Source: an uncultured Gemmatimonadales bacterium
Lineage (GTDB): Bacteria; Gemmatimonadota; Gemmatimonadetes; Gemmatimonadales; Gemmatimonadaceae
Length of the DNA: 64,000 nt
Reading direction: 5' to 3'
Assembly (NCBI GenBank): GCA_963701965.1
Contig: OY969695.1
Location: 2,464,001-2,528,000 of the forward strand
Below the pieces are notes generated by a model. It was not told the origin of the DNA. It worked only from the letters and a program-made list of their open reading frames with translations, and did no database searches. Made by a program: the position numbers and the translations under genes. Shown piece by piece: positions 47,055-55,527 of this stretch (positions are counted from its first letter, which is position 1; the number at the start of each line of letters is the position of its first letter).

Positions 47055-47361
47055 CCCGGCGCCCTTCGGGCGCACCGTCCAAAAGCGCCTCCACAGCGCC
47101 CCCCTCGGGAGCGCTCACCGCGCTGGAAGCCTGGCACGCCGCACAAACACACGCGGCCCGCCAGGCTTCTTTGCTTGCCTGAGCGTGCGGCACCGTTCCG
47201 ATAGCCGCCGCCTGCTGCGAGCCGTGGCTTTCGCAGGAGTGCCGCCGGACTCGGCGCGGACCGCGACGCGCCAAGCGCCGAGCCCACAACGCTGGCCGCG
47301 GGGCGCGCGTATCCCGGCAAGTACGCCTTTTTCCCAGCGGGGCGCTGTTATTGTATCCAAT

Positions 47362-47910
47362 ATGATGAACGAATCACCCGTCAACCTCCTGCGCACCCAC
47401 GCGAACCACGCGCCGTGGAACGCCCGCGGCCTCGCGTCACACGCGACGGCCTTGGTCGACGCCGCGGGGGTTCGCCCGACCAACGCCTCGGCCCGCGCGG
47501 CGCCGAGTGCCCGCGCGATCCGTTTCTACGTCGCCAGCGGCCTGCTGGACCGCCCGGAGGGCACGGGCACGGCGGCGACGTACCACTATCGCCACCTCCT
47601 CCAACTCCTCTCGATCAAGATCCGGCAGCGCGAGGGCCAGACCCTCGACCACATCAAGCGCGAGATGACCGGCGTCACCGGCGACGCCTTGGAGCGCCGG
47701 GTCGCCCAGTCGCTGGCCCCCGCGCTCAATGCCGGCAGCATGGCCACCCCTGGCGCTGAGCCCTCGGCGCTGCTCTCGTGGCGCCGGCTGCCGGTCGCTG
47801 ACGGGATCGAGCTGCACGTCCGCGAGGACTCCCCGGCGGCGCGCGACGACGCACTCGTCGCGATCCGCGAGGCCGTCCGCACGGCCCTCGGACGCCCGGA
47901 CATTCGGTAG
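47362..47910 (+). CDS. MerR family HTH protein
   Basis: PSARAIRFYVASGLLDRP...ATYHYRHLLQLLSIK; TATTGT box 7 nt upstream. Confidence 0.85.
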   Translation: MMNESPVNLLRTHANHAPWNARGLASHATALVDAAGVRPTNASARAAPSARAIRFYVASGLLDRPEGTGTAATYHYRHLLQLLSIKIRQREGQTLDHIKREMTGVTGDALERRVAQSLAPALNAGSMATPGAEPSALLSWRRLPVADGIELHVREDSPAARDDALVAIREAVRTALGRPDIR

Positions 47911-47914
47911 TCCC

Positions 47915-48622
47915 GTGCCCGCCGACGGGCTCGTCGTCATCACGGGCGTCGGCCACGAAGGCCAGGTGGGCGAAGCGATCGCCCGCGCGTTCGCGGCGAC
48001 CGGCGCCCCGCTGGCGATCATCGACCGCACACCCGACAACGTCCAGGCCCGCGCCGCCGCCCTGCGCGCCGCCGCCCCGACACCGGCGACCGTGACCGGC
48101 TACGCCTGCGATCTCACCGACGCGGCGGCGACCGCCGCTGTCGCCGCCGCGATCGGCGGCGCCATCGCCACCCTGGTCCACGTCGCCGGCGGTTTCGCCG
48201 CCAACGGTCCGATCGGCGACAGCGACCCGGCGGTATTCGCTCAACAGGTCGCGATCAACCTCACGACCGCCTACGTCGTGACCCGCGCGTTCTTTCCCCG
48301 CATCCGCGACGGCGGCAGCATCGTGTATTTCGCTTCGGCGTCGGCGCTGCCCGACGCCCCGGTGTCCGGACTGTCCGGGTACGTCGCCGCCAAGTCCGCG
48401 GTTATCGGCCTCATGCGGTCGGTGGCCGCCGAGGGGCACGCGCGCGGCATCCGCGCCAATGCCGTGGCGCCGACCACCATCCGAACGACCGTCAACCTTC
48501 GCGCGATGGGCGCCGATGCCCCGTACGTCGAACGCGAAGCCGTGGCCGACGCCGTGCTCTTTCTCTCGTCGCCGGCCGCCCGCGCGGTGACGGGGCAGGT
48601 GGTCGCGCTCCGACGGCCGTGA
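47915..48622 (+). CDS. SDR family oxidoreductase
   Basis: VITGVGHEGQVG, YVAAK, IRANAVAP. Confidence 0.9.
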   Translation: MPADGLVVITGVGHEGQVGEAIARAFAATGAPLAIIDRTPDNVQARAAALRAAAPTPATVTGYACDLTDAAATAAVAAAIGGAIATLVHVAGGFAANGPIGDSDPAVFAQQVAINLTTAYVVTRAFFPRIRDGGSIVYFASASALPDAPVSGLSGYVAAKSAVIGLMRSVAAEGHARGIRANAVAPTTIRTTVNLRAMGADAPYVEREAVADAVLFLSSPAARAVTGQVVALRRP

Positions 48623-48623
48623 C

Positions 48624-49485
48624 ATGATCGCCAGCGCCACCCGACGGCGCGGCGCTTCCAACACGGTATTTCTCGACCGGTCGCTCGAGGCGCTGCCGCT
48701 GTTTCGACTGAGCGATGCCTCCGACGAGGGCGCGCTGTCATACGCGCCGGAAACCGGCGGGCGGTGGCGCGTGCTGCCCGCGCCCGGCGATCGCCTGCCC
48801 GGCACGTTCGACCAGGATGTCTACGTCGAGGTGCTGCACCGCTACAGCGACGCCGGCGCCCCGCCGGACGGCGTCGTGCGCTTCACCCTGCACGCGTTTC
48901 TCCGGTCGATGGGTCGCCGCGTCGACGGGCGGACCTATGAGCAGTTGCGGGCCTCGCTCGGACGCCTGGAGCGGACCGTCCTCGAATCGGCCCAGGCCTA
49001 TTTCGTGGCGTCGGACGGTGCCACCGGGGCCTACGCCGACGCCCGTTTCACGATCCTGGCCTCGGTCGTGATCGACCGCCGGCGGGCCTCCGACCGGGAC
49101 CAGCTCCCCTTGTTCGAGACCCTCACCGCGGCTGAGCCTGGAGATGCCCGGGTCACCATCTCCCCGCTGGTGCGGGCCAACCTCAAGGTCGGCCACACGA
49201 TCGCCCTCTCGTCGGCGACCTACGCCGGTCTCCCATCACCCACGGCCCGCCGGTTGTATCGCCTACTCGAGGTGGCGCGCGCCGAGGGGCGGGTGGCGTG
49301 GCGAGTTGCGCTCGACGCCTTGGCCGAGCAGCTTCCGCTCAACCAGCGGTATCCCTCGCACCTGCACCGAGTCCTACAGCCGGCGCACGACTTGCTTGTT
49401 GAGGCGGGAATCGTTCGTGATGCCGTGATTCGGCAACATTCAGCGGGCTTGGTTCGTCGATTACGTGCTGGCGTCACGCGCCTGA
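48624..49485 (+). CDS. Plasmid-type replication initiator (RepA/TrfA-like) homologue; +1 frameshift at ~49440
   Basis: LPLFRLS, LPGTFDQDVY, VRFTLHAFLRSMG..DGRTYEQLRASLGRL, SPTARRLYRLL, LQPAHDLL; removing one T gives RQHQRAWFVDYVLASRA and a stop at 49483-49485. Confidence 0.72.
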
Positions 49486-49548
49486 CTCTAGGCCAAGGGC
49501 TTGGGTGCACGCCGGACGAACAGACTACCCGAGACGGAGCAACCCAAA

Positions 49549-49767
49549 ATGGCCACGAAACTCGACAAGACGATCAAGCGCGAGCTCGACATGGATGGGA
49601 GCGCGTTCACGGTGGCCATCTCCCCGGAAGGCGTGAAACTGACCCAAAAGGGCTTCCGCAAAGGCCGCGTGATGTCGTGGAAGTACTTCTGGGAGCACGG
49701 GAACGACGAATCCGCGGCCGGAGCCCAGCCGGAAGCCGGAACTCCCCCGTCGCCCACGAGTAAGTAA
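49549..49767 (+). CDS. Small conserved hypothetical protein
   Basis: MATKLDKTIKREL...TVAISPEGVKLTQKGFRKG; RBS GGAG; biased codon usage. Confidence 0.75.
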   Translation: MATKLDKTIKRELDMDGSAFTVAISPEGVKLTQKGFRKGRVMSWKYFWEHGNDESAAGAQPEAGTPPSPTSK

Positions 49768-49805
49768 GAAGGTAACGATTTTGTAGGCCCCCTCTTCCCT
49801 CGCGT

Positions 49806-51389
49806 ATGTCCCGTATCCGTCCCGCGGCCTTGGTCGCCCTCGTTTCCGTCCCGCTGGTCGCTGGCGGCTTCATTTGGCAGAGCCGGGCCACGCATGACGG
49901 GGCACGTCTGTTCGATCAGGTGCTGACGCTGGTCTCGGATCGGTTCGTCGATACCGTCGACCAGGGTGCGCTCTATGAGAAGGCGGCCGAGGGGTTGGTG
50001 CACGAGCTGAACGACCCGTACACGGAGTTGTTGCAGCCCAAGAAGCTGACCGAGTTCTCGCGCCGGACCGGCGGACGCTACGGTGGCGTCGGTATGGAGA
50101 TCGGACAGACTCCGCAGGGGCAAATCATCGTGGATCGCGTGTTCCCGCACACGCCCGCCGAAGAGGCGGGCGTGCTCGAGGGCGACCACATTATCGGCGT
50201 CGACACGGCGACCACGTCGGGCTGGAAGATCACCCAGGTGTCCGACTATCTCGTCGGCACGCCGGGCACCAAGGTCTCGGTCAAGTTCATGCGCCCCGGC
50301 GTCACCGAGCCGCTGGTCGATCATTTCACGCGCGCGATCATCCACATCCCGGCGGTGCCGTACGCGATCATGCTCGAGGGCAACATCGCCTACATCCCGC
50401 TGCAGCAGTTTAATGAGGATGCAACGGACGATCTCGAGGCGGCCCTCAAGAATCTCGTCTCCAAGCAGAACGCCAAAGGCGTCGTGCTGGATCTGCGCGA
50501 GGATCCGGGCGGGATCCTGGATCAGGCGCTCTCAGTGAGCAATGTGTTCCTCAAGGAAGGCCAAGAGATTCTGAGCGTACGCGGCCGCAACACGGAGCCG
50601 CAGGTGTACGTGGCGCGCGCCAAGCCGCTCGCACCCAGCGTCCCGCTCGTGGTCCTGGTCAACGGCAACAGCGCGTCCGCATCGGAGATCGTGGCCGGCG
50701 CGTTGCAGGATCACGACCGCGCGCTGGTCGTTGGGCAGACGTCGTTCGGCAAGGGCCTCGTGCAGACGCTCTTCCCGCTGGACGGCGGGTACGCGCTCAA
50801 GATGACGACCGCGAAATGGTATACGCCGAGCGGCCGTTCGATTCAGAAGGAGCGGAAACTGCTCGCCGACGGCGAGTTCATTGAAGTGCATCCGGACTCG
50901 CTGGAGACCGACTCGTCCCGCAAGGCCCGGCCGGCGTTCAAGTCGGACGCGGGGCGCACCGTGTACGGCGGCGGGGCGATCACGCCGGACGTGATCGTGA
51001 AGCCCGACACGCTGACCACTGTCGAGCAGTCGTTCCTCAAGACGCTGGCGCCCAAGGGTCAGGTGGTGTACCAGACGCTGACGAACTTCGCGCTCGATCT
51101 CAAGCCGAAGGTCGCACGCAACTACCCGTTCCAGCCGGCGTGGCACGATTCGCTGTACACGCGCCTCACGGCGGCCGGCGTGTCGATCCCGCGCGCCCAG
51201 TACGACTCGGCGGGCCGTTACATGGATCGGCTGCTGGATCTCCGGATCGCGCGGGTCGCCTTCGGGGACTCAACGGCCAAGCGCCGGGATCTGGACGAGG
51301 ACCCGCAGCTCAAGAAGGCGCTCGACCTCTTGCAGAAGGGGCAGACACAAAAAGAACTGTTCGCGGTAGCTCAGCAGCGGCTGCCGTGA
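49806..51389 (+). CDS. ctpA: S41 family carboxy-terminal processing protease
   Basis: PDZ domain; LDLREDPGG; SASASEIVAGALQD; GKGLVQ. Confidence 0.95.
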   Translation: MSRIRPAALVALVSVPLVAGGFIWQSRATHDGARLFDQVLTLVSDRFVDTVDQGALYEKAAEGLVHELNDPYTELLQPKKLTEFSRRTGGRYGGVGMEIGQTPQGQIIVDRVFPHTPAEEAGVLEGDHIIGVDTATTSGWKITQVSDYLVGTPGTKVSVKFMRPGVTEPLVDHFTRAIIHIPAVPYAIMLEGNIAYIPLQQFNEDATDDLEAALKNLVSKQNAKGVVLDLREDPGGILDQALSVSNVFLKEGQEILSVRGRNTEPQVYVARAKPLAPSVPLVVLVNGNSASASEIVAGALQDHDRALVVGQTSFGKGLVQTLFPLDGGYALKMTTAKWYTPSGRSIQKERKLLADGEFIEVHPDSLETDSSRKARPAFKSDAGRTVYGGGAITPDVIVKPDTLTTVEQSFLKTLAPKGQVVYQTLTNFALDLKPKVARNYPFQPAWHDSLYTRLTAAGVSIPRAQYDSAGRYMDRLLDLRIARVAFGDSTAKRRDLDEDPQLKKALDLLQKGQTQKELFAVAQQRLP

Positions 51390-51408
51390 CATTGGGGGTC
51401 AAAACGAG

Positions 51409-51442
51409 CGGCGGCCGTCGTCATGGCGGCCGCCGTTTTTTT
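51409..51442 (+). terminator. Rho-independent terminator
   Basis: CGGCGGCCGTC-gtcat-GGCGGCCGCCG followed by T7. Confidence 0.9.
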
Positions 51443-51476
51443 GTGCATCTATATTGCTGATTGACAGGAGGCCCTC

Positions 51477-52478
51477 ATGTTCGCCGGCGTACTCGCGGTC
51501 GCTTTCATCGCAGTGGTCGCGATGTTCATCATCTCCAGCTCGATCAAGATCATCGGGCAGGCCGAGGTGATGGTCATCGAGCGACTTGGCCGATTCAACC
51601 GGGTCGGGCGATCCGGCTTCAACGTGTTGATTCCCTTCATCGACCGGCCGCGCACGATCGACGTCCGGGTGTTCGACACCGATGTCAACGGCGTCAAGCG
51701 CATCTCCGCGGGGTCGACGGCGCGCATCGATCTCCGCGAGCAGGTGCTGAATTTCCCCAGTCAGCCGGTGATCACGAAGGACAACGTCACGATCAACATC
51801 GACGCGGTCATCTACTACCGCGTGGCCGATCCGCAAAAGGCGACGTACGCCATCCAGAATCTCCCGTTCGCCTTGGAGACGCTGACCCGTACCACGCTGC
51901 GCAACATCGTCGGCGAGATGGAGTTGGATCAGACACTGGGCTCCCGCGACACGATCAACCAGCGCATGCGCGACGTCATCGAAGAGGCGTCGATCGGTTG
52001 GGGCGTCGACGTCACGCGCGTCGAGCTGCAGGCGATCGAGCCGCCCCGGGACATTCAGCAGTCCATGGAGCTGCAGATGCGGGCCGAGCGGGAGCGGCGC
52101 GCGGCCGTCACGCAGGCCGAGGCGGGCAAGCGCGCCGCCATCCTGGAGGCCGAGGGCGTGCGCGAGTCGGCGGTGCTCCGCGCCCAGGGCGCGGCGGAGG
52201 CGCGGCTGGCGATGGCCAACGCCGAGGCCGAAGCGATCGGGCGCATCCGGAGCGCGCTGCCCGAGGGCGAGGCCGGGCTGTATCTCCTCGGACTCCGCTA
52301 CTTCGAGGCGCTGCCGCTGCTCTCGCAGGGGAAAGGCTCGACGGTCTTTTTGCCGGCGGACGCGGCCGGACTCATGGGTTCGATCGGGGCGCTGCGGGAG
52401 CTGATGCGGAGCGGGGTCAACTCCACCGCGGACGCCGCGTCCACGCGCTCACTGCCGGGGCCGGCTCCTAAGACGTGA
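51477..52478 (+). CDS. SPFH/band-7 (stomatin/QmcA-like) protein
   Basis: IERLGRF, QPVITKDNV, TTLRNIVG, QMRAERERRA. Confidence 0.95.
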   Translation: MFAGVLAVAFIAVVAMFIISSSIKIIGQAEVMVIERLGRFNRVGRSGFNVLIPFIDRPRTIDVRVFDTDVNGVKRISAGSTARIDLREQVLNFPSQPVITKDNVTINIDAVIYYRVADPQKATYAIQNLPFALETLTRTTLRNIVGEMELDQTLGSRDTINQRMRDVIEEASIGWGVDVTRVELQAIEPPRDIQQSMELQMRAERERRAAVTQAEAGKRAAILEAEGVRESAVLRAQGAAEARLAMANAEAEAIGRIRSALPEGEAGLYLLGLRYFEALPLLSQGKGSTVFLPADAAGLMGSIGALRELMRSGVNSTADAASTRSLPGPAPKT

Positions 52479-52690
52479 TCACCGAGGAGCGCGCCGTGCG
52501 CATTGCGCGGGCGCATGCGTGCGAGAACTGCGGCGAGTACACGTTCAAGCGACTCGTCGTGAAGGCGGCGACCGACGCCAATCGCACCGACCTCGGCGAG
52601 GCCTGGCACGCATTCAAGGTGTGCGGCGTCTGCGGCATGGAACATGAGCTTGGCATCGACGCCGAGGGCGACATCGTCTATGTGAGCTAG
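52475..52690 (+). CDS. Small protein with two CxxC motifs (zinc-binding)
   Basis: CENC and CGVC; GTGA overlap with the SPFH stop. Confidence 0.75.
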   Translation: MITEERAVRIARAHACENCGEYTFKRLVVKAATDANRTDLGEAWHAFKVCGVCGMEHELGIDAEGDIVYVS

Positions 52691-52773
52691 CGGAACGATC
52701 ACCACGGCATCGCGGTATAAGCGCGAGGGGCGTGGGCCCGGTGAGGCGGTCACCCTCGTCTGAAGCACCTATA

Positions 52774-52818
52774 TCACTGTGATGCACACGCTTAGGCGGT
52801 TACTTTTCATCACAGTGA
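52774..52818. promoter_or_regulatory. Pair of palindromic operators flanking a -10 box
   Basis: TCACTGTGATG (52774-52784) and CATCACAGTGA (52808-52818); TACTTT at 52801-52806. Confidence 0.6.
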
Positions 52819-52841
52819 CGAGCACTCCCTGAGGAGGCACG

Positions 52842-53051
52842 ATGCGGAAGCCACGCCCGAATACATACAATCCAGCCCAGGCGCTGCACCTTATTGCCAG
52901 CGACCGGAACGGTTCCCCCCTGTCCTGTCCTTCTTGCTCCGGGCCGATCGAACGCGATCCGATGCGGGTGCCGCCTCCTCCCAAATCTCACGTGACGTTG
53001 AAGTGCACCCGGTGCGGGCGCTTCGCCCGCTACATCGCCGGAGCTGCCTAG
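52842..53051 (+). CDS. Small zinc-ribbon protein
   Basis: RBS GAGGAGG; CPSC and CTRC. Confidence 0.75.
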   Translation: MRKPRPNTYNPAQALHLIASDRNGSPLSCPSCSGPIERDPMRVPPPPKSHVTLKCTRCGRFARYIAGAA

Positions 53052-53180
53052 CGCCCAGCGCGCTCGACAATTCCCTGCCTTGTCGGCAGGCAAGCTTCTT
53101 GCCCTACTAAAACGTCTCGGTCACGAGACAAACGTACGTGTAACAGTCAGCCCCGGTAGGGGAAGAAGAGGAAGCGTTTC

Positions 53181-53387
53181 ATGGCACGTCTCAACGGCAC
53201 AGTGAAGTGGTTCAACGATGCGAAAGGGTTCGGGTTCATCTCCCGCGAAGGAGGCCCGGATGTTTTCGTCCACTTCAGCGCGATCCAAGGCAACGGCTTC
53301 AAGTCCTTGTCCGAAGGCGACCGCGTGGAGTTCGAGATCGTACAAGGACAAAAGGGTCCGCAGGCCGCAGACGTCAACAAAGTCTGA
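53181..53387 (+). CDS. cspA: Cold-shock protein
   Basis: [29 protein letters not shown]. Confidence 0.98.
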   Translation: MARLNGTVKWFNDAKGFGFISREGGPDVFVHFSAIQGNGFKSLSEGDRVEFEIVQGQKGPQAADVNKV

Positions 53388-53412
53388 CTAGACGCGCTCG
53401 CGCACTCCCCTG

Positions 53413-53448
53413 ACCGCGCCCCGGCCGCCGGCCGGGGCGTGGTTGTTT
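53413..53448 (+). terminator. Terminator hairpin after csp
   Basis: ACCGCGCCCCGGCC-GCC-GGCCGGGGCGTGGT-TGTTT. Confidence 0.75.
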
Positions 53449-53512
53449 GGGAGCCGGGCGGTTGGGCTGGAGCCAATGTGACGCCCCGCTTGGGGTGGTC
53501 GTCAACTTCCAG

Positions 53513-54082
53513 ATGCAGTCTATCTGTGCGGCTCTTCTGGCCTGTTCGATGGCGCTCGCTCTCCCCGCGAGCGCGCAGACACCCCGCACGCCGGCGAGGC
53601 TGATCGCCGTGCGCGGTCCGATCGACGGCCGTGTGTTGGTCACCACCGCCAAGCACTATATCGGCGTGCCCTACGTCCTCGGTGGGACGACGCCGCGCGC
53701 CTTCGACTGCTCCGGGTTCGTGCGCTATGTCTTCGCCCAGCACGGGATCGCGCTGCCGCGCACGGCACACGAGCAGGCCGCGCTCGGCGAAGCGCCAGCT
53801 CCGGGCGACACCCTGGAAGCCGGCGACTTGCTGTTTTTCTACGGTGGCCACGGCGCCCAGCACATCGCGATGTACGTGGGAGCCGATACGATCATCCATG
53901 CCTCGAGCACCGGACACCACGTGCGCCTGGACATGCTGACCCGTTCTGGCCACCGCCGCACGTGGTTCAACCAACGCTTGATCGCCGTCCGCCGTCTCCT
54001 TCCCATGGAGGGACTGACCTGGGTCCCGACGTCGGCGCCGCCATCGTATTCTTTCACCCCGGCCGCAAACCCCGAATGGTGA
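53513..54082 (+). CDS. NlpC/P60 (C40) peptidase
   Basis: Signal peptide; GVPYVLGG, FDCSGF, HIAMY, IIHAS. Confidence 0.93.
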   Translation: MQSICAALLACSMALALPASAQTPRTPARLIAVRGPIDGRVLVTTAKHYIGVPYVLGGTTPRAFDCSGFVRYVFAQHGIALPRTAHEQAALGEAPAPGDTLEAGDLLFFYGGHGAQHIAMYVGADTIIHASSTGHHVRLDMLTRSGHRRTWFNQRLIAVRRLLPMEGLTWVPTSAPPSYSFTPAANPEW

Positions 54083-54372
54083 TCTTCACGCCGAACGGCA
54101 CTCCCGACGCCGAGCCCCTCTACACCCGCACCCTCCCGGGCGGCGGTTACGTAGTCATTGAGGCCAGCCGGCATGACTCGGAATACCGCCTGAGTCTCTT
54201 CGTCGAACGCCGCGTCGACCCGCAACGCCGCGTCGGCCACAGCGCCCCGGTCGTCGCCGAGATCGCGGGCGCCGATCCGGCCGCCGCGGCCGAAGAGCTG
54301 ATGCGCATCGCCGCCGACAACGTCGAGGTGGCCCAGGCCCTCCGCCGCTGGCAGGCCTCCCGGGCCGACTGA
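54076..54372 (+). CDS. Hypothetical protein
   Basis: Codon-biased ORF overlapping the NlpC stop; LYTRTLPGGGYVVIE...VERRVDPQRR. Confidence 0.7.
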   Translation: MVIFTPNGTPDAEPLYTRTLPGGGYVVIEASRHDSEYRLSLFVERRVDPQRRVGHSAPVVAEIAGADPAAAAEELMRIAADNVEVAQALRRWQASRAD

Positions 54373-54418
54373 TGGCGCGGATGATAGATTAGGGCGTCTA
54401 TCATCCCGCGGGGGACGT

Positions 54419-54640
54419 GTGGCGGACGAGCAACCGGTGCGCTTGGTGTTGACGGCGGAACAGCGCGAGCTCCTTCAACGGCTGTCGGGCCAGAACATCG
54501 ACGCCATTGAGCTCACGCCCGACGACGGGACAAAGGAGTCGGGCCACCTGAAGCTGTTGTGGCGCCTCTCCGAGTCCAGCGGCATCCCGCGCCAGGGGTG
54601 GCACCTGGGCGACGCGGCTCCCCCGACGAAGGGGACCTAG
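54419..54640 (+). CDS. Small hypothetical protein upstream of the kinase
   Basis: MADEQPVRLVLTAEQRELLQRLSGQNIDAIEL; TATCAT box and GGGGG upstream. Confidence 0.65.
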   Translation: MADEQPVRLVLTAEQRELLQRLSGQNIDAIELTPDDGTKESGHLKLLWRLSESSGIPRQGWHLGDAAPPTKGT

Positions 54641-54648
54641 CACTCGCC

Positions 54649-55527
54649 GTGACGTTGGACGCGACGCCGGCCGACGCGACGCCGGCGGATCTCAGCGGTC
54701 AGCTGCTCGACGACCGCTACCAGATGCTGAAGCGGATCGGCCAGGGCGGGATGTGCGTCGTCTATCTGGCCCACGACACGCGGTTGGGCGACCTGGTAGC
54801 GGTCAAGATCCTCTTGCCCGCGCTGATCAACGACCCGATCTCAATGGCGCGGTTGCGCCGCGAAGCCGCGCTCGGCGCCCAGCTCGCGCATCCGAACGTC
54901 TGCCACATCATCCGCCTGGGCGAGACGACGGCCGGCTTTGACTACATCGTCATGCCCTTCGTCGAGGGCGAGCTGCTGTGCGTGCGCATCGCCCGGCAGG
55001 GGCAACTCTCCTTGCCAGTGACCGCTGGCTTCGTGCGCGATGCCAGCGCCGGACTCAACGTGGCGCATGAGCTCGGCATCCTCCACCGGGACCTCAAGCC
55101 CGAGAACATCATGATCGTTACGCGCCCCGATGGGTCGGAGCACGCGGTGGTCATCGATTTCAGCCTGGCCAACGGCCCCCAGGTGCCAGCGCTCACCATG
55201 CCGGGCAAGGTCGTGGGCACGCCGGAGTTCATGAGCCCTGAGCAGCTACGGGGGGCGCCCCTCGACGCCCGCTCGGACATCTATTCGCTGGCGTGCACGA
55301 CGTACGAGATGCTCACCGGCCAGCTGCCGTTTGAGGGGCAGAACCAGCACGCGGTCATGGTCGCTCGCCTCAAGGGCCTGACGACCCCGCTCCGCGTGAA
55401 GCGCCCGGATCTCGACCTTCCCAAAAAGGTGGACAAGGTGCTGCAGCAGGCGCTGTCTCTCGACCCCGACGCTCGCTACCCGACCACTCTCGCTTTCAGC
55501 GAGGCGTTCTCACGGGCGGCTCGATAG
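54649..55527 (+). CDS. Hanks-type Ser/Thr protein kinase (kinase domain only)
   Basis: IGQGGM, VAVK, HRDLKPEN, DFS (in place of DFG), GTPEFMSPEQ, SDIYSL. Confidence 0.92.
   Translation: MTLDATPADATPADLSGQLLDDRYQMLKRIGQGGMCVVYLAHDTRLGDLVAVKILLPALINDPISMARLRREAALGAQLAHPNVCHIIRLGETTAGFDYIVMPFVEGELLCVRIARQGQLSLPVTAGFVRDASAGLNVAHELGILHRDLKPENIMIVTRPDGSEHAVVIDFSLANGPQVPALTMPGKVVGTPEFMSPEQLRGAPLDARSDIYSLACTTYEMLTGQLPFEGQNQHAVMVARLKGLTTPLRVKRPDLDLPKKVDKVLQQALSLDPDARYPTTLAFSEAFSRAAR

Noticed and set aside
49440..49763. C-terminal extension of the rep-like ORF as given in the ORF track
   Set aside because: Product of a +1 indel; it overlaps a better-supported small gene at 49549..49767
47362..49767. 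Integrated plasmid or prophage around the rep-like gene
   Set aside because: No integrase, att repeats, tRNA target, iterons or compositional shift
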